The notes beneath the pieces were generated by a model. That model searched no databases. It was not told the origin of the DNA and was given only the letters and a program-made list of their open reading frames with translations. 64,000 nucleotides of DNA, taken from the NCBI RefSeq assembly GCF_004010195.1, contig NC_057718.1:88464010-88528009 (forward strand), given 5' to 3'. Below are positions 24,822-35,200 of this stretch, piece after piece; the stretch's first letter is position 1, and each line of letters begins with the position of its first letter. Position numbers and translations under genes: made by a program. The DNA comes from Chiloscyllium plagiosum (taxonomy: Eukaryota).

Positions 24822-27800
24822 TTGAACCGCCTATCAAAACCCAAGAGGAGAAACTAATCGAAATGGACTTTGAGAAAAAGGAGACTCCCACTCAAACCAA
24901 AGATGAGGAGCCAAGAGATTCCCAGGAAGATGCAGATCCTCCTGTTGAAATTGGAGAGGAGGCGCAAGCTGGTGAGGTTGGCTTCAAGAAGGTCTTCAAA
25001 TTTGTGGGCTGCACGTTCACAGTGAAGAAAGAGAACCCTGACAAGCTGGAACCAGTGCAGTTGCTGACTGTGAAAAAGGATGAAGCAAGTGAGACAGATG
25101 GCGAATCTAAGCAAGAAATGGGAGGAATGACAAATGGTGATTTGAGTCTTGCTGCTCATGAGGCAGAGGAGAGTCCACCTGAGGTTCTCACCCCTAGAGA
25201 AATGGAAGAGTCCACCAGTCAGGCAGAACCAAAACCCACTGTTGCCGCGGAGCCAGTGGAGTCTGCCGTTAATCCGGTCGAGAACCCTGCTGTGGATTCC
25301 CCCTTGAAGAGATCTTTTTGGCAAGGCTTTTTCTCAGTGTTGCAAAGGAAGCCAAGCTTCAAGAAGGCTGAAGATGAACCCCTGGTCATTGGGGAGAAAC
25401 CTGAGGTAAATGGAGAGCAGAAGGAAAATGAGGAGCAAGTCGTTGCTGCTGGAGATGTTAATGGTGAGGAAGGTGACCATGGACCTTCGAAGGGGCCTTC
25501 CGCGTCACAAGATGATGCTGAAATCTTGGAGGTTGGCCCAGTGAAAGAAAAAGAGCGAGATGACGATTTTGAGGACCTCTCAGCGGAACTGGCCAAAGTC
25601 AGAGAGGCTGAAGAAGGATTGATTTTGGACTCTAGGGAGAAGATTGGGGAGGACAGCGTGTCCACAGAAGACGATGGGCAATGTGGCCCCAAAATAAAGA
25701 TGACCGTCCCAGCCTTGGAGATGGATCAGGCGACCCAGTTGGCTCAGAGTCAGGTGAAGCCAGAATCTGCTGCCATCGAAGCTTTGGCAGGGCTTCAAAC
25801 AGAACAGACCGATGTAGACATGGATCAAACACCAGGCAAGGTCCAGGAGCCTGTACTGGGAGAAGTGGAGCTCTTGTCATCCCAGGAAAAGGCCAAGTTG
25901 CAGGGCAGCCCTCTGAAGAAACTCTTCACCAGTAGTAGCACCAAAAAGCACTCTGGGAAGAAACGAAAACGTGGCAAAAGAAAGGCCAAACTGAGAAATG
26001 ACGACGAGACACGACTTCAGTCATCCACCGAATCGGAGGGCAGTCCAGATGGCCAGAAGATGGACATCCCTCCTTTAACATCCCCTGAGGAAGCGGGTGA
26101 GGCAGTCTCTGCAGAGATGCCAGATGCTTCCAATCCTGAGGTAGAGACAATAAACGAAGCCAGTGATGGCGAGAGGAAGAAAGAGAACATTACCGCATGG
26201 GCGTCATTTAAGAAGTTAGTGACATCAAAAAAGCGCCCCAAAGTACAATCTGAGAGTGACCGAGAAGATGAGCAGACTGATAAAGCGAAGGGAGCAGCTG
26301 TCTCCTCTAGTGAGAATGTGAGCGCTGCCCCGGCCGATAAGCCAGAAAAACCAAACACCGAGGACCTGAGTTTGGAGCGGAGTACTGAGGATCCCAAAAA
26401 GAAAGCGGATGCCCCTGTAACCTGGGAGGCGCTGATCTGCGTCGGGTCCTCCAAGAAGAGAACAAGAAAGTCCAACTCGAAAGCCCCGCAACCAGATGTG
26501 GAGGCACAAAGATCACCCGAGGGGGCCATCCAAGTGCCGGACAATGCTGAGGAACTGAAAGCTAGTGTTCCACAGGATACAGATCAGGAGCCAGGCACAG
26601 CATCTCCAGAAGGTACCGTCAGCAGTCCGGTGGAGGCGGATGTATCTGACGGCGCTGTCTCCGTGTGGGAATCCTTTAAGAGGTTGGTGACCTCAAGCCG
26701 CAAGTCCAAATTCAAGATTGAAGACCGTGCAGACGACTCTGTTGTTGCAGCAGAAGCTGCTGTTCCCGAGACCGAACAGGCCAAGGAGGAGTCCTGGATG
26801 TCTCTGAGAAAACTGATCCCAGGCCGAAGAAAGAAGAGGTCTGATACCAGAGATGACCAGTCTGTGGTGGAGGATGTTGGAAAAGAGACCACAGAGGCAG
26901 AGTTGGGAGTGAGCAAGGGTGAAGAGCCAGACACACCAGCAGTGGTTCCCCTTTCTGAATATGATGCTGTCGAAGAAGAGAGAGCGGCTAAGGAGCAGCA
27001 GGAAACACGCGGAACAAATGCTTTTCCTGAGGGGGAGGTTATAACCAAGTCGGGAGCACTAGCTGAAGGTGGGGAGCCAAGGGTCGAGCAAGCCATTACC
27101 GTGAACCAGGGAGCTGTAGAAACAATCAAAAGCAGCGTTGATGAGAGATCACCATCATGGATATCAACCGCAGTCCCGGACATCATTGAGAAGAGGGTTG
27201 AAGGTGAAGGAAAAGTAGTCGAAATTGTGACAGAGGGGGAGCAGTTGGAGCGTGGCGACGCAGCCTCGCCAGCAGAAGTAACCAAAACAATCTGTCACGA
27301 TGAGACTGCCAGCGAGGCAGAGGAGATTACCTGTGAGGTTGTCATGGCACCAGAGTACCTGGCTGAGAAGACAGCCGAGATGGTTTCAGCAGTCTTGCAG
27401 ACCTCTGAGATCCTAGTGACAACAGCGGAGTGCACTCTTATGCCAGAAGATGAGGTTCTGGTAACCAGACAAACCCATGAGTCGCTACAGGAGGCGGTTG
27501 TGGAAGTGACAGAGGCGGTCTGCGAAGAGACCCTGGTGGCCGCCCACCCTGTTGTGGATGACACAGTGGTGGCGGCCCATGAAGAGACTCTGGTGGTCAC
27601 CCACCCTGTTGTGGATGACACAGTGGTGGCCCATGAAGAGACCCTGGTGGCTGCCCACCCTGTTGTGGATGAGACAGTGGTGGCCCACGAAGAGACCCTA
27701 GTGGCCGCTCACCCTGTTGTGGATGAGACAGTGGTGGCCTGCGAAGAGACTCTGGTGGCTGCCCACTGTATTGTGGATGAGACTGAGGCGGCCCGTGAAG

Positions 27801-30796
27801 AGACCCTGGTGGCCGCCCATCCTGTTGTAGATGAGATTGAGGCGGCCCGCAAAGAGACCCTGGTGGCCGCCCACCCAGTTGTGGATGAGACAGTGGTCGC
27901 CTGTGAAGAGACTCTGGTGTCCGCTCACCCTGTTGTGGATGAGACAGTGGTGGCCTGCGAAGAGACCCTAGTGGCCGCCCACCCTGTTGTGGATGAGACT
28001 GAGGCGGCCCACGAAGAGACCCTGGTGGCTGACCACCCTGTTGTGGATGAGACTGAGGCGGCTCACGAAGAGACTCTGGTGGCTGACCACCCTGTTGTGG
28101 ATGAGACAGTGGTAGCCCGCGAAGAGACCCTAGTGGCCGCCCACCCTGTTGTGGATGAGACAGTGGTGGCCCATGAAGAGATTCTGGTGGCCGACCACCC
28201 TGTTGTGGATGAGACAGTGGTGGCCCATGAAGAGATTCTGGTGGCCGACCACCCAGATGTGGATGAGACTGAAGCGGCCCACGAAGAGACTCTGGTGGCC
28301 GCCCACTCTGTGGATGAGACTGAGGCGGCCCGCGAAGAGGCTCTGGTGGCTGCCCACCCTGTTGTGGATGAGACAGTGGTAGCCCACGAAGAGACTTTTG
28401 TGTCTGCCCACCCTGTTATGGATGAGACAGTGGTAGCCCGCGAAGAGACCCTAGTGGCCGCTCACCCTGTTGTGGATGAGACAGTGGTCGCCTGTGAAGA
28501 GACTCTGGTGGCTGCCCACTGTATTGTGGATGAGACTGAGGCGGCCTGTGAAGAGACCCTGGTGGCCGCCCATCCTGTTGTAGATGAGACAGTGGTCGCC
28601 TGTGAAGAGACTCTGGTGTCCACTCACCCTGTTGTGGATGAGTCGGTGGCGGTCCGCGAAGAGACTCTGGTGTCCGCCCACCCTGTTGTGGATGAGACAG
28701 TGGTGGCCTGTGAAGAGACCCTAGTGGCCGCCCACCCTGTTGTGGATGAGACAGTGGCGGCCCGCGAAGAGACTCTGGTGTCCACTCACCCTGTTGTGGA
28801 TGAGTCGGTGGCGGTCCGCGAAGAGACTCTGGTGTCCGCCCACCCTGTTGTGGATGAGACAGTGGCGGCCCGCGAAGAGACCCTGGTGGCCGCCCACCCT
28901 GTTGTGGATGAGGCAGTAGTGGCCCACGAAGAGGCAGTGGTGGCCCACGAAGAGGCTCTGGTGGCTGCCCACTCTGTTGTGGACGAGAAAGAGGCAGCCC
29001 GCGAAGAGACTCTGTTGGCTGCTTGCCTGGGTGTGGATGAGATGGAGATGGCCGCCCACTCTGTTGTGGACGAGACAGAGGTGGCCCATGGAGAGACTCT
29101 GGTGGCTGCCCACTCTGTTGTGGACGAGAAAGAGGCAGCCCGCGAAGAGACTCTGTTGGCTGCTTGCCTGGGTGTGGATGAGATGGAGATGGCCGCCCAC
29201 TCTGTTGTGGACGAGACAGAGGTGGCCCATGGAGAGACTCTGGTGGCCGCCCACTCTGTTGTGGACGAGACAGAGGCGGCCCATGAAGAGGCTCTGGTGG
29301 CCGCCTACCCGGATGTGGACGAGACAGAGGCGGTTCATGAGACTCTGGCTGCCCGCCCGGGTGTGGACGAGACAGAGGCGTCCTGCGAAGAGACTCTGGC
29401 CGCCCACTCGGTTGTAGATGAGATGGGGGCGGCCCGTGAAGAGACGGCCGCTTGCTCAGTTGTGGACGAGACTGTGGTGGCCGCCCGCCCGGTTGTGGAA
29501 GAGACTGGGGCGACCCACAAAGAGACGGCAGCTTACCTGGTTGTGGACGAGATGGGGGCGGCCCGTGAAGAGACGGCCACTCACCCGGTTGTGGACGATA
29601 CTAGGGCGGTCCGCGAAGTGACTCTGGTGGCCGCCTGCCCAGTTCTGGACGAGACAAGGGTGGCCCATGAAGAGACTGTGGTGGCTATCCGCCCAGTTGT
29701 GGACGAGATGGGGGCGGCATGTGAAGAGACTGTGGTGGTCGCCGGCCCGGGTGCAGAGGAGACGGAGGTGGCCCACGAAGAGACAGTGGTGGCCGCCCGC
29801 CCAGTGGATGAGACGGGGCTGGTACATGAAGATTCTGTGGTGGCCGCCTGTCCTGTTGTGGATGAGACGGAGGTGGCCCACAAAGAGACTGTGGTGGTTG
29901 CCCGCCCGGTTGTGGATGAGACGGGGGCAGTCTGTGAAGAGACTCTGGCTTCCCACCCGGTTGTGGAAGTGACGGCGGCCTGCGAAGAGACTCTGGCGGC
30001 CGCTCGCCCAGATATGGACGAGACGGGGGTGGTCTGCGAAGAGACGGCCGCCCACCCGGTTGTGCCTGAGATGGGGACAGCCCGCGAAGAGACTGTGGTG
30101 GCCGCCTACCCGGTTGTGGATGAGACGGGGGCGGCCCACGAAGAGACTGTGGTGGCCGCCTACCCGGTTGTGGATGAGACGGGGGCGGCCCACGAAGAGA
30201 CTGTGGTGGCTGCCCGCCTGGTTTTGGATGAGACCGGGGCGGTCTGCGAAGACACTGTGGTGGCCGCCTGTCCGGTTGTGGACGAGACTGGAGTGGCCCG
30301 CGAAGGGACAGTAGTGGACGCCTGCCCGGTTATGGACGAGACAGGGGTGGCCCGTGAAGGTTCTGTGATGGCCACATGCCCGGTTGTGGACGAGACCGGT
30401 GTGGCCCGCCTGGTTCTGGATGAGACCGGGGCAGCCCGCGAAGACATTGTGGTGACCGCCTGCTTGGCTGTGGACGAGACGGGGGCGGCCCGCGAAGTGA
30501 CTGTGGTGGCCGCCCGCCCGATTGTGAACGAGACGGTGGCGGCCTGCGAAGAGACTCTGGTGGCCACCTGCCCGGTTGTGGACGAGATGGGGGTGGCCAG
30601 CAAAGAGACTCTGGTGGCCACCTGCCTGGTTCCGCAGGATACAGATCAGGAGCAAGGCACAGCATCTCGGGAAGGTACCATCAGCAGTCCAGTGGAGAGG
30701 GATGTATCTGACAGCGCTGTCTCCGTGTGGGAATCATTTAAGAGGTTGGTGATCTCCTTTCTGCTGACCCTTGCAACTTTTCTGTTGGGCCACTGA
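24822..30796 (+). CDS. AKAP12: A-kinase anchor protein 12 (gravin/SSeCKS), main large coding exon
   Basis: Acceptor ttttctatttgcag|TT at 24821/24822 is in frame with the 1977-aa ORF. Gravin motifs are present: GFKKVFKFVG..VQLLTVKKDE, SSQEK..QGSPLKKLF, WASFKKLVT, WEALICVGSSKKR, WESFKRLVT, ESWMSLRKLIPGRRKKR, PAVVPLSEYDAVE and ERSPSWIS. The gene sits next to ZBTB2 as in mammals. Confidence 0.95.
27521..30628 (+). repeat. Coding minisatellite, ~54-bp/18-aa unit ([R/H/C]EET[L/V]VAA[H/R/C/Y]PVVDET[V/E/G][V/A]A), about 60 units
   Basis: Visible directly in DNA and translation, counted by eye. It includes a 141-bp higher-order duplication (for example 28981 vs 29122). Confidence 0.97.
30629..30756 (+). 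repeat. 128-bp direct duplication of 26567-26694 (WSK2-containing segment)
   Basis: Manual alignment shows about 11 mismatches in 128 bp and no indels. VPQDTDQE..VSVWESFKRLV is repeated. Confidence 0.95.
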
Positions 30797-32800
30797 AATC
30801 TTGATTACTGATAAATGCCAAAGATGTAGATCTTTTTGTAGCTGAGTTCAGAACCCAGTAGCAACCTTTGCTTTGACTGCAGTAGGTCACTGCAGTGACA
30901 GTGGGCTCAGTGATGACACAGCTTTCAGAGTTCCAATTCTTTGGCTTGCTCTCTTTAAAAGGTAATCTAGGTGCTTCCTTCACTGTTAGTCTCTTGTTGC
31001 TCTGTTTAATCAGTTGCTTAGGCACTCTGACCCTACTGCAGAGGTAACAACATGTCCAAAACTCATTGTCTTTTGATATTATTTTGGAGTTCTTTTTAGT
31101 CTCATTCAGTACTTTTCCATAAGGGTTGTGTTTTTCTTTTACCTTGAGCCTTTTCACCAACACTTTTTAAAGCTGTTGACGTTTTTCCTCTTTTCTCAAT
31201 GTTCTAAACTTTACATCAATAGTTCATTGTTAACGAAACACAACACTAGTACACAAATTCTTGTTTCAAGCTGGTTTCTTGAGCTTCCCTTTGGACAATA
31301 GGATGTTACTTCCATTTACTGTGTGCATTATGGAATGTCCTTGCTCTTTATCAAGACTTTTAAAAAAATTACATTTCATGTTCCTCTATCATCTTCAAAG
31401 CCAAGAAGGGTGCCTAAAACCTGATGTAATTTTTTCTCTAATTCTAGGCCTAAGGTTCTCTGCATGATCTTTTTTACTGCATAGCTCACTAAGTTGATTA
31501 TTCAATGCACCTTGCGTTCTATTGCACCAGTTTTGTTGGCAGAGTGACAAAAACACTTAGATCTTCAGAGATAAAGCCAGCATTATAGATCTTGCTTGAT
31601 AATGGTTCTTCAGCTTTTTCTGTTGCTTGTTTTCATCCAGTCCTAAAGCCTATCCCCCCAGCATCCCCTTTTCTCTGTTTCTGGCCTGTCTTTATTTTTA
31701 GTCAAGGTCCTCTAATATTTGATGTGTGAGTCTTCTTGTTGACTCGATCGTTCTTTCTCTGACTTTTAACCTTTTGCATGAGAATCAAGACAATCTTTTG
31801 TTCTCAAACATCCACTTGAGCTACAAATTGTTGCCTTTCCTAAAATCTCATTTAAGCTGGTGAGTTTCTTTAGGCTTCCAAGTTTTCCATTGTCTCAGCT
31901 GAAATGCATTTGTAATTCTGCCAGCTTCCATTCTGTGTACTTTTTCTTTGCTTTGTCTGTTGGATTCTGAGTTCTCTCTTCTTTCTGTGTTTGCTTGAAC
32001 ACTTCATTTTGTTTGAGGAGTGCTTAACTTAATTGTTTCCACTCCCAGCAGCATTGAAAAATGATCTCCCTCCACTCAGAATGCCCCTTTTAATAATGTC
32101 TTCTGGTCGTCCGAGTTCCAGTCTCATTGGCTTTCATTTTATTTTACTCTGGCGTAAATTGTGGTAACCACTGATACGTGAATGCTGTTACAGTCTACAT
32201 CTGTATTACTTTGGTCAGTGGAGTTTCTGTCTTTATTGTGATAGTTGATCTGATTTACTTGGCTGTCCAGATATTCCAGTAACTGGCTTTGCCAGGGTTG
32301 ATGTTTAAACTGTAGTTTTTGTCATAATTTCACTGCATTCAAACAGCACCAATCAACCCCGATGTGACCTCTTGCTTTTGGAGGTTTTGCACCTCATATG
32401 TGAGAACTTGTATATTATCTTTCACCAAGAAATCTCATGACCATACTGATCTCTGGAGAACTACTCTGTCTGGCTTGATCTTGTTCATGATGACTTCGGG
32501 ATCCTCAGCAGCTGCACTTTGAATTACTGAATTAAGTATATTATTTGTGTAATCCTCAAGTTGAAAGATGCAGCTGCTATTTTGACGAGGAGCCACTGTG
32601 ACTTTTTCATGTTTCTCTCCAAGTGAGTAGATAAGGACTTGTTTGTGCTAATCTTTCTCTCTTCCAGTCCATCTTCATAAATAAGAATATAGATTGATAA
32701 TCTGTACATTTCTTGAATGCTGTTTTGTACTCCTTGATATTCTAATGATCCAAGTAGCAGCCCCTTTGGGTGTTAGTGTTTTGTTTGTTTTTGATGCCTT
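30760..32800 (-). mobile_element. Decayed RTE-clade LINE (APE endonuclease and RT remnants)
   Basis: Minus-strand remnants occur in RTE order: ATWIIR, IQEMYRLSIYIL, IYSLGEKHEK (32632-32603), FNLRITQI, NQINY (~32255), DCNSIHVSVV (~32195), SKIYNAGFISEDLSVFVTLPTK (~31600-31530), GFEDDRGT and EEKRQQL. There are many frameshifts, and the 3' boundary below ~31070 is weaker. Confidence 0.8.
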
Positions 32801-33369
32801 TTAATAATCATTGCAAGGTAACAGACTTTGCAGTTCATGGTGGCCCCTTGAGTGGTGTCAACCTCATTCATGCTGATAATTGTTTATATTGACCATATTT
32901 GATGAAGGGAAAGAGGTTTAATGAGGTATTTTTGTTGTCATCCTTGCCTGTTTGAAGGGATCACTCTCTCTTCTCAGAGGATCCCTTGCCTGGCTCCAGC
33001 CAACTGTTGGTCTAGTAGTGCCATGGAGACTTCTGGCTCTGCCATTGGTCATGACCTCTAATAGTACTCAAGATCAGTATCAGCAGCATGTGGGACTGTC
33101 AGCTACATGCTGGGAGGTGGTGGAGGGGTCATTGAGCTATCCCTGCTAAATTGCCTCAGTAACCAAGAGATTTTCTCCTCTTGAACAATTCATGCTGATA
33201 CTATGGTGTCAACTTCTAATTTTGAAATCATTCTATTTCTAAATCTCAAGGTGCCTTTGTTCAGTTTTCTAAATTTATTTAGAAGCCTTTTCAGACATTT
33301 GTGACCCAGAATTTAACCTGTTAAAAGATGAGCAGCAACTATACTTGACTAATTAATTAGTCATTGTTC

Positions 33370-33560
33370 ACCGGCACAGGACCGTAGGTATCTCTCTTGA
33401 GAGGGACAATTGGCTTTGCAGTGTGAGCATCACTCCGTTAAATACGGCACAAGGTGAGGAACCAGGTTTTAATAAAGTACCACAGTGTGATTGAGATTTA
33501 ACCTACATTGTTGGTACAATTCTTGTAGTACACGCTAGCCATTGAGCTAACCAATGCCCC
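33370..33560 (-). mobile_element. tRNA-derived SINE fragment
   Basis: The minus strand begins ggggcattggttagctcaatgg with an A-box and a degenerate B-box. Confidence 0.45.
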
Positions 33561-33607
33561 CATTCATTGTAAAACATTGATAATTTTATTTTTGTGTGCA
33601 TTTGCAG

Positions 33608-35200
33608 AGCTCCAAACAGACACTCGTGAAATAGAATGTGAAGACGCAACGCTACTGTGACAAGACCAAGTACCACTGTTGATTGACAATCCCGAATCAA
33701 TTCGCGAGCTATATCTACATTGGCATTTAATAATTTCTTGCTTTTAGCCATGATAAACACAATGGTGTCTGAAAATTGAAGGGGTATTTGCTCAAAAATC
33801 TGGCGATGCATCTTTGTATCATCAGTTTGTTACATTTAGGATATTCTTAGAATTAAACTTGTTGATTAAAAAGCTGTGTCTTTTACATTTTAATTTGGAT
33901 TTTGATAACTGAGTTAACTTTGGTGTTCTTAATGTTTGATAAAGGACTACAGTGTTGACAGCTTAAACCTAGGACAACCTGAGAGTGAAACAGGTCCATA
34001 GAAATGGTAGGTACAGCAAGCTAAACTTAATGATATTTCATGATTTGATTTGCTTGAACAAAGCTCACCAAGATCATTTAGAATTTTGAAGCACACTCAA
34101 GGTTCTGGCAAAGCTGATCTCAATTCTAAGGAATAACTTCAGATTTGAAGTCCTCCTAATGGAGTATAAAGCTAACTTTTAGTGCATTGTGCAAAGTTGA
34201 ACCATGCAAAATTGGCCATGCTGACATCCTGGACTATTGCATATGTTCCAGAGGATGAAATGTGACCATCGTTCATAGAAAAGTACAGCAAAGAACAGGC
34301 CATTTGGCCTATGCTGTTGTGCTGAGATTCATTTAATTCCTTTAGACTGTTGGGTGACTGGATCCAGATTGCTAAAATTGAAGCCTTTAATGAAAGTGCA
34401 TTGTTGGGTTACTAGTTAAGGTTTGTTTGGACTTCCATAATGACCTCCAAGATGTGCCTTGCTATTGCATACAATTAATGCTCACGTGCCATTAATGTTC
34501 CTGTCTTAATGTTTTTTTGGCAAATTTGTGACTGATCTCATCATTCCATCCCAATATTTTTCTCACTAAACTCCAGCATTAAAACAATGTTTTAAACTGA
34601 TTATTCAGGTTACCCTGTTCAGTATATTTCCTCCCTTACTCAATTAATAAACCAACACCCTATCCTTGTAACACTCACTGTACAGTAAATGATCAGGTTA
34701 AAAATGGTAACTACTGTCTACTTGTGTACTGCATGAATTTAAGATTAGATTCCCTACAGTATGGAAACAGGCCCTTCAACCCAACAAGTCCACACCGACC
34801 CTCCGAAGAGCAACCCACCAAGACCCATTTTCCCTCCGACTGATGCACCTAAATTATGGGCAATTTAGCATAGCCAATTCACCAGACCAGCACAGCTTTG
34901 GACTGTGGAAGGAAACTATAGCACCTGGAGGAAATCCATGCAGACACTGGGATAATGTGCAAACTCCCATAGATAGTTGCCTGAGGGTGGAATTGAGCTC
35001 AGGTCCCTGGCACTGTGAGGCAACAGGGCTAACCACTGAGCTGCCTTGAGCAGAATCTATGACAGAGACTGATGCTGCTCTTATTAACGCTGCTGTGCTT
35101 TTATAACTGATGTGAAATTGACATTTGTATAAATTGTATTTGCTGTGTATCTAAGCCATATTGGAATAACTAAAACAATATGAATAAAGTAATATTAGCA
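33608..35200 (+). other. AKAP12: Candidate terminal exon/3'UTR of AKAP12
   Basis: Strong acceptor ttttatttttgtgtgcatttgcag|AG at 33607/33608, followed by mostly repeat-poor, AT-rich sequence. AATAAA occurs at 34646 and 35183. Confidence 0.4.
34742..35047 (-). mobile_element. HE1/V-SINE type SINE
   Basis: Reverse complement of gctcagtggttagc..tgcctcacagtgccagggacc..; tail agattagattccctacag. Confidence 0.8.

Noticed and set aside
24863..24865. ATG of the 1977-aa ORF as the main AKAP12 start
   Set aside because: An in-frame splice acceptor lies 41 nt upstream and a matching upstream exon exists. Use of this ATG by a shorter isoform cannot be excluded.
27521..30628. CRISPR-like regular repeats
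   Set aside because: There are no unique spacers; this is a eukaryotic in-frame coding minisatellite.
27295..30665. Many long antisense and alternate-frame ORFs (up to 399 aa) over the repeat array
   Set aside because: They are shadows of a stop-poor tandem repeat within the AKAP12 CDS, with no independent evidence.
30738..31163. 141-aa minus-strand ORF as a novel gene or processed pseudogene
   Set aside because: It falls within or next to the decayed RTE LINE RT region.
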